In this document: one piece after another, positions 8,403-19,413 of the stretch | Position numbering within the stretch: the first letter of the stretch is position 1 | Layout: every line of letters starts with the position of its first letter | Source of the DNA: an uncultured Methanosarcinales archaeon | GTDB lineage: Archaea > Nanobdellota > Nanobdellia > Woesearchaeales > ARS49 | Reading direction: 5' to 3' | Length of the DNA stretch: 64,000 nt | NCBI GenBank assembly: GCA_964550175.1 | Contig: CAZJXP010000001.1 | Span: 424,706 to 488,705, forward strand | Notes under the pieces: generated by a model | Database searches by the model: none | Told to the model about the DNA's origin: nothing | The model's input: the letters and a program-made list of their open reading frames with translations, nothing else | Translations under genes and position numbers: made by a program

Positions 8403-8807
8403 ATGCCAATAATCTCATTCGGGTTCACAAAAATCAGCGGCGAACGCAAAGAACAGAAATCAGGCCAATTGAACATCAAGAACGGCATCGTCCTCAAAGA
8501 CGCCATCAAGACCAAATTCACCATCGGACCGCAAAGCCAAGACGTCTTGCGCGTGCTGTTCGAGTTCACGAGCAAATACGACCCGAACCGAGGAAGCATC
8601 ACCTTGGAAGGGGAAGTGCTCCATTTGGACAAGCCAGAGAAAATCGAAGCGCTCGCAAAGGCCTGGCAGAAAGAAAAGAAATTGCCGAAGGACGATGCCC
8701 GCGTATTCATCAACCATATCCTATCGAAATGCAACATTGAGGCAATCCTGCTCAGCCGGGAACTCAACCTGCCCTCGCCGATCGAGCTACCGCGAATTTC
8801 CACATAA
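8403..8807 (+). CDS. Hypothetical protein (possible SecB-like fold)
   Basis: 134-aa ORF directly upstream of cdc48 (5-nt gap). The order of beta-rich N-terminal half and C-terminal ...[21 protein letters not shown] resembles SecB by eye only. Confidence 0.6.
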   Translation: MPIISFGFTKISGERKEQKSGQLNIKNGIVLKDAIKTKFTIGPQSQDVLRVLFEFTSKYDPNRGSITLEGEVLHLDKPEKIEALAKAWQKEKKLPKDDARVFINHILSKCNIEAILLSRELNLPSPIELPRIST

Positions 8808-8812
8808 TTCTC

Positions 8813-11095
8813 ATGCCTGAACCAAAAGACATTCGGTTAAAGGTCACGGAAGCCATCCAGGACGACGTCAATAAAGGGATTGTCCGCATCGATTCGGGAT
8901 TCATGCACCGCGTCGACGTGCGACCCGGAGACATCGTCGAAATCGAGGGCGAACGGAAGACCGTAGCGTTAGTGGATCGAGCCTATCCGAGCGATATCGG
9001 ACAGGACTTCATCCGCATGGACAATCTCAGCCGAAAGAACGCCCGCACCAGCATCGGCGACCAAGTCATCGTCCGCAAGGCCGAAGTCAAGGAAGCGAAA
9101 AAAGTCATCATCGCCCCCGCGAAAGAAGGGATTGTTGTCAAAGCTTCGCCTGGCATCTTCAAGCAAGGACTTCTTGGACGAGCAGTTGTCAAAGGAGACA
9201 TAATTTCTCTCGGTGGCGCAAGACGCAGACGAACGGCGATGACCGGCAACCCGCTCTTCGACGCTATGTTCCCCCTGATGGACGAAAACTCATTGATGGG
9301 ACTCGGATTCGGAGATTTGCGATTCATCGTTGTCGAAACAAACCCGAAACAAGCCGTCATCATCACCGATACGACGGAAATCCAGCTCAACCCCGAAGCC
9401 GTCGAAGTCAAGGAAGAAACGACGCCCGACATCGCCTACGAAGACATCGGCGGACTCGAAGACGAAATCAAGAAAGTCCGAGAAATGGTCGAGCTGCCGT
9501 TGAAACACCCCGAAATCTTCGAACGATTGGGCATCGAACCGCCGAAAGGAGTATTATTGCACGGCCCGCCAGGAACGGGAAAAACGCTCCTCGCGAAGGC
9601 TGTCGCGAACGAAACGAATTCTCATTTCGTATTAATCAACGGACCGGAAATCATGTCCAAATACTACGGCCAATCTGAAGAGAATTTGCGAAAGAAGTTC
9701 GAAGAAGCCGAAAAGAATGCCCCTAGCATCATCTTCATCGACGAAATCGACGCCATCGCGTCCAAGCGCGAGGAAACCCGCGGCGAAGTGGAACGACGCG
9801 TCGTCGCGCAAATGCTCGCCCTCATGGACGGACTGAAGTCGCGAGGACGTGTTGTGGTCATCGCGGCCACGAACGTGCCGAATATCCTCGACCCGGCGCT
9901 GCGAAGACCCGGCAGATTCGACCGAGAACTTGAAATCGGCGTCCCGAACAAAGAAGGCCGGCTCAACATCCTCAAAATCCACACGCGAAACATGCCCATG
10001 GACAAGGACGTCAACCTCTCCGAAATCGCGACCATCACGCACGGATTTGTCGGAGCAGACCTGGCAAGCCTGGCGAAAGAATCCGCCATGATTGTCTTGC
10101 GACGCGTGCTTCCTGATTTGAAATACGACGCGGAAGAGGCAATTCCGAAAGAAATTCTCGAACGGTTGCAAATCGCGAAGAAGGACTTCAAGGAAGCCCT
10201 CAAAGTGGTGCGACCCTCCGCGTTGCGCGAAGTCATGATCGAAGTGCCAACGACCAAATGGGAAGACGTTGGCGGACTCACCAGCATCAAACAGGAATTG
10301 CTCGAAGCCGTCGAATGGCCATTGAAACATCCGCAAGCGTTCAAACGGCTGGGCGTCCGACCGCCGAAAGGAATTCTGCTCTACGGGCCTCCAGGCACGG
10401 GAAAGACGTTGCTCGCGAAGGCCGTCGCGCACGAAAGCGAAGCCAACTTTATCTCAATCAAAGGACCAGAACTACTTAGCAAATGGGTCGGCGAAAGCGA
10501 AAAGGCCGTGCGAGAAATCTTCAAGAAAGCACGTCAAGCTTCGCCCGTTATCATCTTCTTCGACGAGCTCGACAGCCTCGCGCCGAAGCGCTCCGGTTCC
10601 GATCACTCGGGTTCCGAACGCGTCGTCAACCAACTGCTCACCGAAATCGACGGATTGGAAGCGCTGCACGACGTCGTCATCATCGGCGCAACCAACAGGC
10701 CGGACATTTTGGATACCGCGCTGTTGCGACCGGGCAGATTCGACCGCATCATCATGGCCCCCGTGCCCGACAAGGCCGTCCGCATGGAAATCTTCAAGAT
10801 CCACACCAAGAACATGCCGCTCATGAAGGGCGTGAAGCTCGAAGAGTTTGCCGAACGCACCGAAGGATACGTCGGAGCCGACATCGAAAGCATCTGCCGC
10901 GAAGCGGCCATCATGGCGCTGCGCGAGAACATGAACGCGAAAGAAGTCGGCAAGGAGCATTTCGAGAAAGCGCTCAAGAAAGTCCGGCCGAGCGTCACAA
11001 AAGACATCGAAAAGGCGTACAAGGACATGCAGGACCAGTTCACTCAAGCTCGCGCGAAAGAAATGCAGGAAGAGAAACCGGTTTACTTTGGGTAG
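8813..11095 (+). CDS. cdc48: Cdc48/VCP-like AAA+ ATPase (two AAA domains)
   Basis: 760 aa. N-domain then two AAA modules, each with Walker A GPPGTGKT and Walker B ([18 protein letters not shown]). Confidence 0.95.
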   Translation: MPEPKDIRLKVTEAIQDDVNKGIVRIDSGFMHRVDVRPGDIVEIEGERKTVALVDRAYPSDIGQDFIRMDNLSRKNARTSIGDQVIVRKAEVKEAKKVIIAPAKEGIVVKASPGIFKQGLLGRAVVKGDIISLGGARRRRTAMTGNPLFDAMFPLMDENSLMGLGFGDLRFIVVETNPKQAVIITDTTEIQLNPEAVEVKEETTPDIAYEDIGGLEDEIKKVREMVELPLKHPEIFERLGIEPPKGVLLHGPPGTGKTLLAKAVANETNSHFVLINGPEIMSKYYGQSEENLRKKFEEAEKNAPSIIFIDEIDAIASKREETRGEVERRVVAQMLALMDGLKSRGRVVVIAATNVPNILDPALRRPGRFDRELEIGVPNKEGRLNILKIHTRNMPMDKDVNLSEIATITHGFVGADLASLAKESAMIVLRRVLPDLKYDAEEAIPKEILERLQIAKKDFKEALKVVRPSALREVMIEVPTTKWEDVGGLTSIKQELLEAVEWPLKHPQAFKRLGVRPPKGILLYGPPGTGKTLLAKAVAHESEANFISIKGPELLSKWVGESEKAVREIFKKARQASPVIIFFDELDSLAPKRSGSDHSGSERVVNQLLTEIDGLEALHDVVIIGATNRPDILDTALLRPGRFDRIIMAPVPDKAVRMEIFKIHTKNMPLMKGVKLEEFAERTEGYVGADIESICREAAIMALRENMNAKEVGKEHFEKALKKVRPSVTKDIEKAYKDMQDQFTQARAKEMQEEKPVYFG

Positions 11096-11235
11096 ATAAT
11101 TTACGATAACAACGCTACGACAAATATCGCCAGGGTGCAACGTTCAGGGGGAGCTGCCTGCCGTACACTTTTTACCGGCGATATTGGACGTAGCTTAGTT
11201 CGAGACAAAGTCAAATATTTACAACGAGGATCAAC

Positions 11236-12753
11236 ATGGAACGTGACAACCTTATCAGCGAAATCCAGCAGTTCGACGAAGAAATGGGGCGCGAGCATCT
11301 CGCGCACGCCGTTGGACTGAAGGACGAAGTCAACTTCAGCGCGATCTTCACCAAGCACGCATCCTTGTTCTCGAAGCCGAACATCGCGCTCGTCAAGGCA
11401 TTGCTCAATGCGTCGATGCGCAAGGACACGAAGCACCGCAACCTGTTGCTCTATGATTACCTCGTCAGCGGCTACATCGGAAACGAGCTTAAGGAGCTCG
11501 GCGACAAGGCCAGCAACTACGAATCAAAAGCGAAAATCAAGGCAAATGGAAAGACAATCCCGTTCCGGCACGCGTCCGTCGTCGTGATGAACGAGCCGAA
11601 CAGAAAGAAGCGGCAGAACATCGTCGACGCGCTCAAGGCGCCGAAAGCCGTGCTCACGAAGTATTCCAAAGAAGCCCAAGACAAAGAGTACGCGCTGTTG
11701 AAGATGCTCACGGGCAAGGACTACGTAACCTATTATTCCATCATCAAGGAAATGGACTACGACGCGTTCGCGGACGACCTGCGCACGTTCCTCGCGGAAA
11801 CGACCGACATCTATCTGCCGCAGTTGCACGAGGCGATGACCTCCATCAAAGTGCCGTTGGACGACATCCAAAAGCATGACCTCGGATTCTACCTGCGCGC
11901 GCACAAGTTCGACAAGCACTTCCCGAAATCAAAACTGCTGCAGACGCTCAAGAACACGCTCAGCGGCATGGGATTCACGCTGTCAAAACAGAAACAAATC
12001 CACGTCGACGCGGAAGAGCGCCCGACCAAAGTGCCGCGGGCGTTCTGCTCGCCACTCTTGATTCCGCAGGAAATCCACCTAGTCCTGAAGCCGCACGGCG
12101 GACAGGAAGACTACCAGACAATACTGCACGAAGCCGGACACTCGGAACACTTCGCGAACACGCGAGACGACCTTGCCTACGAGCTGAAACACATGGGCAG
12201 TCACGCCGTCAGCGAAACGTACGCGTTCCTGTTCGAATACCTCGTCATGGACAAGGACTGGCTCGGAAAGCGCATGCCAACGAAAACGCAGGCGGAATTC
12301 CTTTCGTTCCTGCGGTTCACGAAACTGTTCTTCCTCAGACGATATTCGGGCAAAGTATTGTACGAGCTGCAGTTCCACCGCAACGATTTGCGCGTGCTGG
12401 ACGACTCATTCAGGCCGACACGACAGAAGTACGCCTCCGGCGCGGAAATGTACGCGGACATCCTCAGCAAATCAACCGGTGTGAAGTACACGCCTGACGA
12501 CTATCTGCTCGACATGGACTCCGGATTTTATAGCGCGGACTATGTACGAGCGTGGATGTTCGAAGTGCAGCTCAGGAACACGCTCAAGGAAAAGTTCGGT
12601 GTCTGGTTCAAGAACAAGAAAGCCGGAAGCTTCCTGAAGAAGATGTGGGCGTCCGGCAGCTCGGGCAAATCGCAAGATGAGCTCGCGAAAGAGCTCGGCC
12701 ACGACAAAGTGGACAAAAACTATTTAATCAACGAACTGATGCAACAGTCGTGA
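11236..12753 (+). CDS. Zinc metallopeptidase, M3B oligoendopeptidase F-like
   Basis: 505 aa with a single HExxH site (ILHEAGHSEHF). The family is guessed from motif context and size. Confidence 0.65.
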   Translation: MERDNLISEIQQFDEEMGREHLAHAVGLKDEVNFSAIFTKHASLFSKPNIALVKALLNASMRKDTKHRNLLLYDYLVSGYIGNELKELGDKASNYESKAKIKANGKTIPFRHASVVVMNEPNRKKRQNIVDALKAPKAVLTKYSKEAQDKEYALLKMLTGKDYVTYYSIIKEMDYDAFADDLRTFLAETTDIYLPQLHEAMTSIKVPLDDIQKHDLGFYLRAHKFDKHFPKSKLLQTLKNTLSGMGFTLSKQKQIHVDAEERPTKVPRAFCSPLLIPQEIHLVLKPHGGQEDYQTILHEAGHSEHFANTRDDLAYELKHMGSHAVSETYAFLFEYLVMDKDWLGKRMPTKTQAEFLSFLRFTKLFFLRRYSGKVLYELQFHRNDLRVLDDSFRPTRQKYASGAEMYADILSKSTGVKYTPDDYLLDMDSGFYSADYVRAWMFEVQLRNTLKEKFGVWFKNKKAGSFLKKMWASGSSGKSQDELAKELGHDKVDKNYLINELMQQS

Positions 12754-13559
12754 TGAAGTACCTCCTCATTTTGTTGTTATTAGTTTCTTCAGTGAGTGCG
12801 CTCACGGTTCCGGCCCCGACGACGCTCGTCAACGATTTAGCGAACGTGATTCCAGCAGATCAAGAATCCTCTCTCGAACAGCAATTGCAGGCGATGAAGT
12901 CCTCCGGCGCGGCCGAAATCGCGATACTGACGATTCCGACCCTCGACGGGCAGGACATGAACGAGTTCTCGATTCAGACGGCCGAAGCGTGGAAGCTCGG
13001 CACGGCCGAGAAGGATAACGGGCTACTCATCACGGTCGCGGTTGAAGACCGCGCGTACCGGTTCGAAGTCGGCTACGGACTTGAAGGCGACCTCAACGAC
13101 GCTCGCGTCGGAAGGATCGGGCGCGACATTCTTGTTCCGGCATTCCAGTCCGGAAACTACGGCACCGGATTAACGGACGCGGTTACGATAATTGGCGGCA
13201 TCTTAAACCAGGACCCTGCGACGCTGCAGCAAGTCGACACCGACCCTGAAAGCTACTTTTATCTCCTGTTCTTCGGCACGGTCATCGCGGGAACCATCAT
13301 CGGCAAAGTCGCGCAGCACCAGAAAACAAAAGGGCGCAAAGCGCTCGTCTTCGGAATTGGCGACGTGATTGTGCTCGCGCTCATCCTCTGGCTGGCGTCC
13401 TATTTCATTCTTTATGCTCTTTTCATCCTCCTCGTCACCGCTATCCCCGGACGAGGCGGAATGCCGCTGTTCCTCGGCGGCGGCCGAGGCGGAGGAGGAA
13501 GCATTGGTGGCGGCGGAAGCTTCGGCGGCGGCGGAGCGGGCGGAAAGTGGCGTGATTAA
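12750..13559 (+). CDS. TPM-domain (YgcG-like) membrane protein
   Basis: Signal-like N-terminus, TPM-type domain, C-terminal TM helices and Gly-rich tail GGGRGGGGSIGGGGSFGGGGAGGKW. 4-nt overlap with the upstream gene. Confidence 0.75.
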   Translation: MMKYLLILLLLVSSVSALTVPAPTTLVNDLANVIPADQESSLEQQLQAMKSSGAAEIAILTIPTLDGQDMNEFSIQTAEAWKLGTAEKDNGLLITVAVEDRAYRFEVGYGLEGDLNDARVGRIGRDILVPAFQSGNYGTGLTDAVTIIGGILNQDPATLQQVDTDPESYFYLLFFGTVIAGTIIGKVAQHQKTKGRKALVFGIGDVIVLALILWLASYFILYALFILLVTAIPGRGGMPLFLGGGRGGGGSIGGGGSFGGGGAGGKWRD

Positions 13560-13595
13560 TAACATTTAAAAACCTGAAATGACTCGGAGAACACT

Positions 13596-14165
13596 ATGAA
13601 AAAGAACTACACACTATGGATTGTCCTAGGCGTCATCGCAGTACTGCTCTTGATGATCGTCGGCTCGTACAACGGGCTTGTCAGCAAACGAACCGCGGTC
13701 GACAGCGCCTGGGCAGATGTCGAAGCGCAATACCAGCGCCGCATGGATCTTATTCCTAACTTAGTCTCAACCGTGAAGGGTTACGCGACGCACGAAGAAG
13801 AATTGTTTACCAAGATTACCGAACTCCGAAGCCAATGGCAGACCGCGTCAGCCGCAGGCGACACGGCCGGAGCCATCAGCGCAGCCCAAGGCACGGACTC
13901 AGCACTTGCGCGACTTCTTGTCGTGGCAGAAGCCTATCCTGATTTGAAAGCAAGCACAAACTTCCTCGCACTGCAGGACGAGCTTGCCGGAACGGAGAAC
14001 CGAGTGGCTGTCTCGCGAACACGATTCAACGATGCCGTGAAACTCTACAACACGGCCATCCAGACGTTCCCGAGAAACATCCTCGCAGGCATGTTCGGCT
14101 TTGAACCCAAGACGTTCTTCGCGGCAGCTAGTGGCGCGGAAACTGCCCCGCAGGTTACGTTCTGA
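13596..14165 (+). CDS. lemA: LemA family protein
   Basis: N-terminal TM helix, then [33 protein letters not shown]...VKGYATHE. LemA is commonly paired with a TPM gene. Confidence 0.85.
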   Translation: MKKNYTLWIVLGVIAVLLLMIVGSYNGLVSKRTAVDSAWADVEAQYQRRMDLIPNLVSTVKGYATHEEELFTKITELRSQWQTASAAGDTAGAISAAQGTDSALARLLVVAEAYPDLKASTNFLALQDELAGTENRVAVSRTRFNDAVKLYNTAIQTFPRNILAGMFGFEPKTFFAAASGAETAPQVTF

Positions 14166-14166
14166 T

Positions 14167-14442
14167 ATGAAAGTTCGAGCCAGCCACATCCTGGTCAAAA
14201 CCGAGCAAGAGGCTAACAGCATTCTTTTTGATTTGAAACGAGGAGCGAGCTTCGAAGAAATGGCCAAGAAGCACTCGATTTGTCCCTCGAAAAGCAAAGG
14301 GGGAGACTTAGGCTGGTTCGGCAAAGGGATGATGGTGAAAGAATTCGAAACGGCGGCATTCGCTCAGAAAGTCGGCGAACTCTCAAAGCCTATTAAGACT
14401 CAGTTCGGCTACCACATCATTAAGGTTACCGAGACGCAGTAA
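14167..14442 (+). CDS. Parvulin-type peptidyl-prolyl cis-trans isomerase
   Basis: The internal ATG at 14167, directly after the lemA stop codon (14163-14165), gives 91 aa: [10 protein letters not shown]...[17 protein letters not shown]...[10 protein letters not shown]. Confidence 0.85.
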   Translation: MKVRASHILVKTEQEANSILFDLKRGASFEEMAKKHSICPSKSKGGDLGWFGKGMMVKEFETAAFAQKVGELSKPIKTQFGYHIIKVTETQ

Positions 14443-14483
14443 TCCCCACAACCTTAATAAAGTCCTATTGAGACATTTTCTTC

Positions 14484-15767
14484 ATGGCAAAACCTGGTGA
14501 CCATGTTACGATTGTGACCGCAGAAGAAACCCTCCACGGCACGCTATTGCCTGAAGAAAAGGAATTTATCGTTCTCAAACTTGATTCCGGCTACAACATC
14601 GGCATCAGCAAAAAGCGGGTCAAGGAAATGAAAGTCACGGAAGCGGCTCATACCGTGAAGGACAGCGCCAAAACCGTCACGCAACGCAAAGACTTGCCAA
14701 AAATCACCATTCTGCACACCGGCGGCACGATCGCCAGCAAAGTCGATTATGAAACCGGCGGGGTCATCAGCAAATTCACGCCCGAAGAAATCCTCGCGCT
14801 CTTCCCTGAACTGCGAGAAATCGCGAACATAGACTCAAGACTCGTGCGCAACATGGCCTCGGACGACATGCGGTTCGCGCACTACAACCTGCTTATCAAG
14901 GAAGTTGAAAAGGAAATTGCGAACGGCACGAAAGGAATCATCATCACGCACGGCACGGACACGCTGCACTACACTTCGGCCGCGCTTGCGTTCGCGCTCC
15001 GAAACTTGCCGATTCCCGTCATCATCGTCGGCAGCCAACGCTCTTCCGACCGAGGAAGCTCGGACGCCGGAAGCAACTTGCTCGCGGCTGCTACGTTCAT
15101 CGCGCGCACGAACCTTGTTGGAGTGGGCGTTTGCATGCATGAAAACTCAGGCGACGAATCCTGCTTGATTCTTCCGGGCGCGAAGTGCCGCAAGATGCAC
15201 TCTACCCGACGAGACGCATTCAGGTCAATCAACACCACGCCGTTGGCACGCATCGAATTAGCGACCAAGAACATCTCCTATTTCCGCACGGACTACCCGC
15301 GCAAGACCGACGCCCCATTTGAGGCAAAACCGTTCAAGGACGTCAAAGTTGGACTCCTGTTTGTGCACACCAACATGCGCGCGGAACAGTTCTCCTGCTA
15401 CAACGGGTGGGACGGACTCGTTATCGCGGGCACCGGACTTGGACACATCCCTATCAGCGAAACCGACGCCGAAACGAAAGAACACACCAAGATTTTCACC
15501 GCGCTCAAGGCGCTCGCATCGGACACGGTGCTTGCAATCTCAACGCAGACCATCTCCGGCATCGTCGACCTCAACGTGTACGCACCCGGACGAAAACTCT
15601 TGGACCTCGGGGTCGTCGGAAACCTGACCGACCTCCATCCCGAGACGGCGTTCATCAAATTGGCCTGGCTGTTGAGCAACTTCTCGAAAGAAGACGCGAA
15701 GAAACGATACAATGTCAATATCGCAGGGGAACTGAGTGAGCGAGCGGAGCAAAGCACATTCCCATGA
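14484..15767 (+). CDS. gatD: Glu-tRNA(Gln) amidotransferase subunit D
   Basis: 427 aa. GatD N-domain followed by an asparaginase-type fold (ILHTGGTIAS, THGTDTL). Confidence 0.9.
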   Translation: MAKPGDHVTIVTAEETLHGTLLPEEKEFIVLKLDSGYNIGISKKRVKEMKVTEAAHTVKDSAKTVTQRKDLPKITILHTGGTIASKVDYETGGVISKFTPEEILALFPELREIANIDSRLVRNMASDDMRFAHYNLLIKEVEKEIANGTKGIIITHGTDTLHYTSAALAFALRNLPIPVIIVGSQRSSDRGSSDAGSNLLAAATFIARTNLVGVGVCMHENSGDESCLILPGAKCRKMHSTRRDAFRSINTTPLARIELATKNISYFRTDYPRKTDAPFEAKPFKDVKVGLLFVHTNMRAEQFSCYNGWDGLVIAGTGLGHIPISETDAETKEHTKIFTALKALASDTVLAISTQTISGIVDLNVYAPGRKLLDLGVVGNLTDLHPETAFIKLAWLLSNFSKEDAKKRYNVNIAGELSERAEQSTFP

Positions 15768-16750
15768 TTCTTGATTGGAAAGCGCTCGGGCTGAAGTGCG
15801 GCATCGAAATCCACCAGCAGCTCGAAGGCAAAAAGCTGTTTTGCTCCTGCCCGACAACGATCCGCGACGACCCCTCCCACTTCACGGTGCACCGCAAGCT
15901 TCGCGCAGTCGCAGGAGAAGCCGGCGAAGTCGACGTTGCGGCCGCGCAGGAAATGCAGAAAGGCAAAACCTTCACCTACGAAGGGTTTGAAGATACGACC
16001 TGCTTGGTCGAGCTCGATGAAGAGCCGCCGCACGACGTGAACGATGACGCGCTCATCACGGCATTGCAGACGTCATTAGTCTTGAAAGCCACGCCGGTCG
16101 ACCAACTCCACCTCATGCGCAAAACCGTCGTAGACGGCAGCAACACGTCCGGTTTCCAACGCACGGGGTTGATTGCGCGCAATGGCACGTTGACGACCGA
16201 GCATGGCACCGTCACCATTCCGACGATTTCCTTGGAAGAGGATGCTTCCCGCATTATCAAGAACAGTCCAACCAACACGCTTTATCGACTCGACCGACTT
16301 GGCATCCCGCTCATCGAAATCGGCACTGGCCCGGAAATAAAGGACCCCGACCAATGCAAGGAAGTCGCTGAAGCGCTCGGCATGATTCTCCGCAGCACCG
16401 GAAGAGTAAAGCGCGGACTCGGCACCATCCGGCAAGACGTGAACGTCAGCATCGCTGGCGGCGTACGCGTCGAGATCAAAGGAGCGCAAGACCTCAAGCT
16501 CTTGCCGACGCTCGTCGCGTACGAAGTATTGCGCCAGAAGACCCTTCTTGAACTGAAAGACGAGCTCGTGAAACGAAAAGCGTCCGTCTCCTCAAAAATA
16601 GAGAACGTCACGCACATTCTCGCGGCCGTCGACAGCGCAGTCATCAAGAGCGCGCTCAGCGCACAAGGGGTCGTGCTCGGCATCACGCTTCCGGGATTTC
16701 ACGGCTTGATTGGCAAGGAAGTCCAACCCGGACGACGGCTCGGAACCTAA
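15764..16750 (+). CDS. gatE: Glu-tRNA(Gln) amidotransferase subunit E, N-terminal piece ending at an in-frame TAA
   Basis: ATGA overlap with gatD. GatB/E-type blocks [12 protein letters not shown], CSCP and [10 protein letters not shown]. Stops at TAA 16748-16750 in the middle of conserved sequence. Confidence 0.85.
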   Translation: [328 protein letters not shown]

Positions 16751-16789
16751 TTTTCCGACCGCGCGAAAGCGCACGCCGGAGTCGGAGGA

Positions 16790-17593
16790 TTGTTCCACTC
16801 AGACGAATTGCCCAAGTACGGCATCACGCAAGGGGCGGTCGACGCGATACGCAAGGCGCTCGGTTGCGACGCGAACGACGGATTCATCATCGTCGCGGAC
16901 AAGGAAGACAAAGCAACGATTGCAATGCACGCAATCATTTCGCGCGCGAACGAAGCGTTCCACGGCGTGCCCAAAGAGGTCCGCAAGGCGAACGACGACG
17001 GCACGACGACGTTTTTGAGAATGATGTCCGGCGCAGCAAGATTGTATCCTGAAACTGACTTGCGCCCAATCACGCTCACGAAAGAATTCCTCGCGAAAAT
17101 CCCGATTCCCGAATTGATCGAAGTGAAAACCTCGCGCTACGAACAGTGGGGACTCGGGCACGACCTTGCCGAACTTGCCGCAAAATCCGAGAACCCTGAA
17201 CTGCTGGAACGCTTTGTCAAACATTACCCCGGAGTCAAGCCGGCCTACATCGCGGAAATACTCTACTCCGCGGCAAAAACCATCAAACGACAGTTCAACA
17301 TCGACATTTCTCCGACTGAGCAGGATTTCGATGCGCTGTTCAGCGCGCTGAACAACAACACCATCTCGAAAGAAAGCGTGCAAGAGATATTGAAGCAAGG
17401 CAAGCCAGTTTCGAGTATCATCAAGAATTATGCCGTCCTGTCGGACAAAGAGCTTCTCGCGGAACTGCAGCACATCGTCGTGGCGAACAAAGGGCTGCCG
17501 TTCAACGCCCTCATCGGCAAGGCGATGGCCAAGCTCCGAGGAAAAGCGTCCGGAGAGAAAATCTCAACCGAGCTCAAAAAGCTCGCTCAATAG
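16790..17593 (+). CDS. gatE: Glu-tRNA(Gln) amidotransferase subunit E, C-terminal piece (same frame as the N-terminal piece)
   Basis: Same frame as 15764. Translation continues directly after the TAA ([26 protein letters not shown]...). The ORF-track start at 16790 is a TTG. Helical and tail domains are present. Confidence 0.8.
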   Translation: [267 protein letters not shown]

Positions 17594-18572
17594 CATCTAT
17601 AACTTTCTTGTTTCCGATTGGCCCTTGGTACGTCTTGAACTTCTTCAGCAAAAAGGACGTTATCTGCATCGCGCCGATTTGAGGCGTGCGTTGGCCGAAC
17701 CCCTCGCGCTCGAGCAAACGCGCGTTCAAATCCTGCTCAAACTGCTTTCGAACGGGTTCTGACAACACGGGCTTGCCGAGCACGATGGCTTCGCTCATCA
17801 ACGAATACCCCCCGTTCATGATAACCGCGCGGCAGGAAGCAAGGTCATTGGCGAACGCTGATTCGTTGAACCGCTTGAACGTGACGTTCCCTTCAGTTCC
17901 TTCGCGATTCAGCCCGTACACGATGAACTTCGCCGGAACGGACTGCAACACCCGCAACAGGCGACGATTTGTCTTCGAGGTCTGGTAGACGAGAACGTGT
18001 TCGCCTAAAGTGGTTTCTCGCATGAGCTCCTTCCGGATAATCGGACCGACCAGCACCGTGTTTGGCGCTGACGGGGTCGAGAATGCCGTGACTACATGTC
18101 TTGTGGCGCGAGGGATGATCAGCCTCGTGATGAACTTTGTCTTGAACGATTCCCACCAGACGCTGCCCGGCAGCTGAAGCTTCGCGCGCATCATCAACTC
18201 TTGATTGCCAACGCTCACGATGGGAATCCGCAAAATCCAGCCCGCGTAGCAGGTATAGGCGTCAAAATCGGTCACGATGACGTCAGGCTTGAACGTGAAG
18301 GCTAGGACGAGCGTCTTGAGCAATGACCACAGGATGAACGGCGAAACGAGGATATGATACGCGAAAATGCCCGTGTTCGTGACGCTGTTGTTGCGGTAAA
18401 TAATTTTCAAACAAGTGACGCGCGAAACCGAGAAACCTTTACTTTCCAGATATGACGCGGCGCGACTGCTTGAGACCACCTTGATCGTGTGCTGCTGCAA
18501 GTCATCAAGCAAGGCTTTCGCTCGCGTTGCGTGTCCCATGCCCTCGCCCGCGACGCCGTACAGAATCCTCAT
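17574..18572 (-). CDS. GT-B glycosyltransferase (MJ1255/GT28-like)
   Basis: N-terminus MRILYGVAGEGMGHATRAKAL and a C-terminal nucleotide-sugar binding half. The family is recalled from the N-terminal signature. Confidence 0.65.
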   Translation of the reverse strand: MRILYGVAGEGMGHATRAKALLDDLQQHTIKVVSSSRAASYLESKGFSVSRVTCLKIIYRNNSVTNTGIFAYHILVSPFILWSLLKTLVLAFTFKPDVIVTDFDAYTCYAGWILRIPIVSVGNQELMMRAKLQLPGSVWWESFKTKFITRLIIPRATRHVVTAFSTPSAPNTVLVGPIIRKELMRETTLGEHVLVYQTSKTNRRLLRVLQSVPAKFIVYGLNREGTEGNVTFKRFNESAFANDLASCRAVIMNGGYSLMSEAIVLGKPVLSEPVRKQFEQDLNARLLEREGFGQRTPQIGAMQITSFLLKKFKTYQGPIGNKKVIDAIERAF

Positions 18573-19336
18573 TTGGCCTCGATGAAATGCGCGATGAGCT
18601 CGGCCGTTTTTTGTGGGGCTCGCGCCGGAATCAAATGGTGCGATTTGATCTCCTTGTGCGTGACATGCGTGCGCTTCGAAATCCGGCGAAGCTCCATTTT
18701 GTTAATCAAGATATCTTTTGTGCCCGTCAACAGCAGGGTGGGCTGCGTGACTCGCTCAATCATAAGTTCGCGCTCCAATGAGCGCTCAACCGCAAAGGCA
18801 TAATCCCTGATGTGGATGCCGAAGAGCTCCCAGAACGGGCTCAGCAGCGCAGGAATGTTATGGCCGTCGCGCATCAGCCTCAGGCTGCGCCGTCGAGGGA
18901 ACAAGCTCACGGTCTTTCGGATAAACCGCATCACATCCATCCAACGCTCGCTCGCAAAAATGAGCGATTTTGATGAGGGACTTATCAGTACAATCTTTTT
19001 GACTCGTTTGGGGAAACGGTCGGCCAGCTCTACCGCGAATTGCGCGCCGATGGACATCCCCACTGGAATGAACTCGTCAATATTCTCGCGGCTCAATACT
19101 GCGATGACGTCGCGAACCATTCGCTCAAAAGAACATTTTCCAAACCCGGACAGTCCGTGGTTGCGCAAATCCATCGCGATGTAGGACTGTCCTTTGAACC
19201 GCTCAAGAATAGGATTCCACGCGGTAGCGTTGCTTCCCGCGCCATGCATAAACACGAGCGTCGGGCCCCTTCCCTTGTTCGCAACGTAATGGATGAGTGT
19301 GCCGTCAAAACTTGCCGCATAATCGACTGTCTTCAT
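18569..19336 (-). CDS. Alpha/beta-fold hydrolase
   Basis: FMHGAGSN oxyanion region, nucleophile elbow GMSIG, C-terminal His. 4-nt overlap with the downstream glycosyltransferase gene. Confidence 0.8.
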   Translation of the reverse strand: MKTVDYAASFDGTLIHYVANKGRGPTLVFMHGAGSNATAWNPILERFKGQSYIAMDLRNHGLSGFGKCSFERMVRDVIAVLSRENIDEFIPVGMSIGAQFAVELADRFPKRVKKIVLISPSSKSLIFASERWMDVMRFIRKTVSLFPRRRSLRLMRDGHNIPALLSPFWELFGIHIRDYAFAVERSLERELMIERVTQPTLLLTGTKDILINKMELRRISKRTHVTHKEIKSHHLIPARAPQKTAELIAHFIEAK

Positions 19337-19338
19337 AA

Positions 19339-19413
19339 CGCGCCCGAAGGGATTTGAACCCTCGACCTTAAGGTTAGGAACCTTACGCTCTATCCAAGCT
19401 GAGCTACAGGCGC
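19339..19413 (-). tRNA. tRNA-Arg (anticodon CCU)
   Basis: Reverse complement gives acceptor GCGCCTG/CGGGCGC plus G. D arm GCTC...GAGC. Anticodon arm TAAGG-TTCCTAA-CCTTA. T arm GAGGG-TTCAAAT-CCCTT. Confidence 0.9.
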
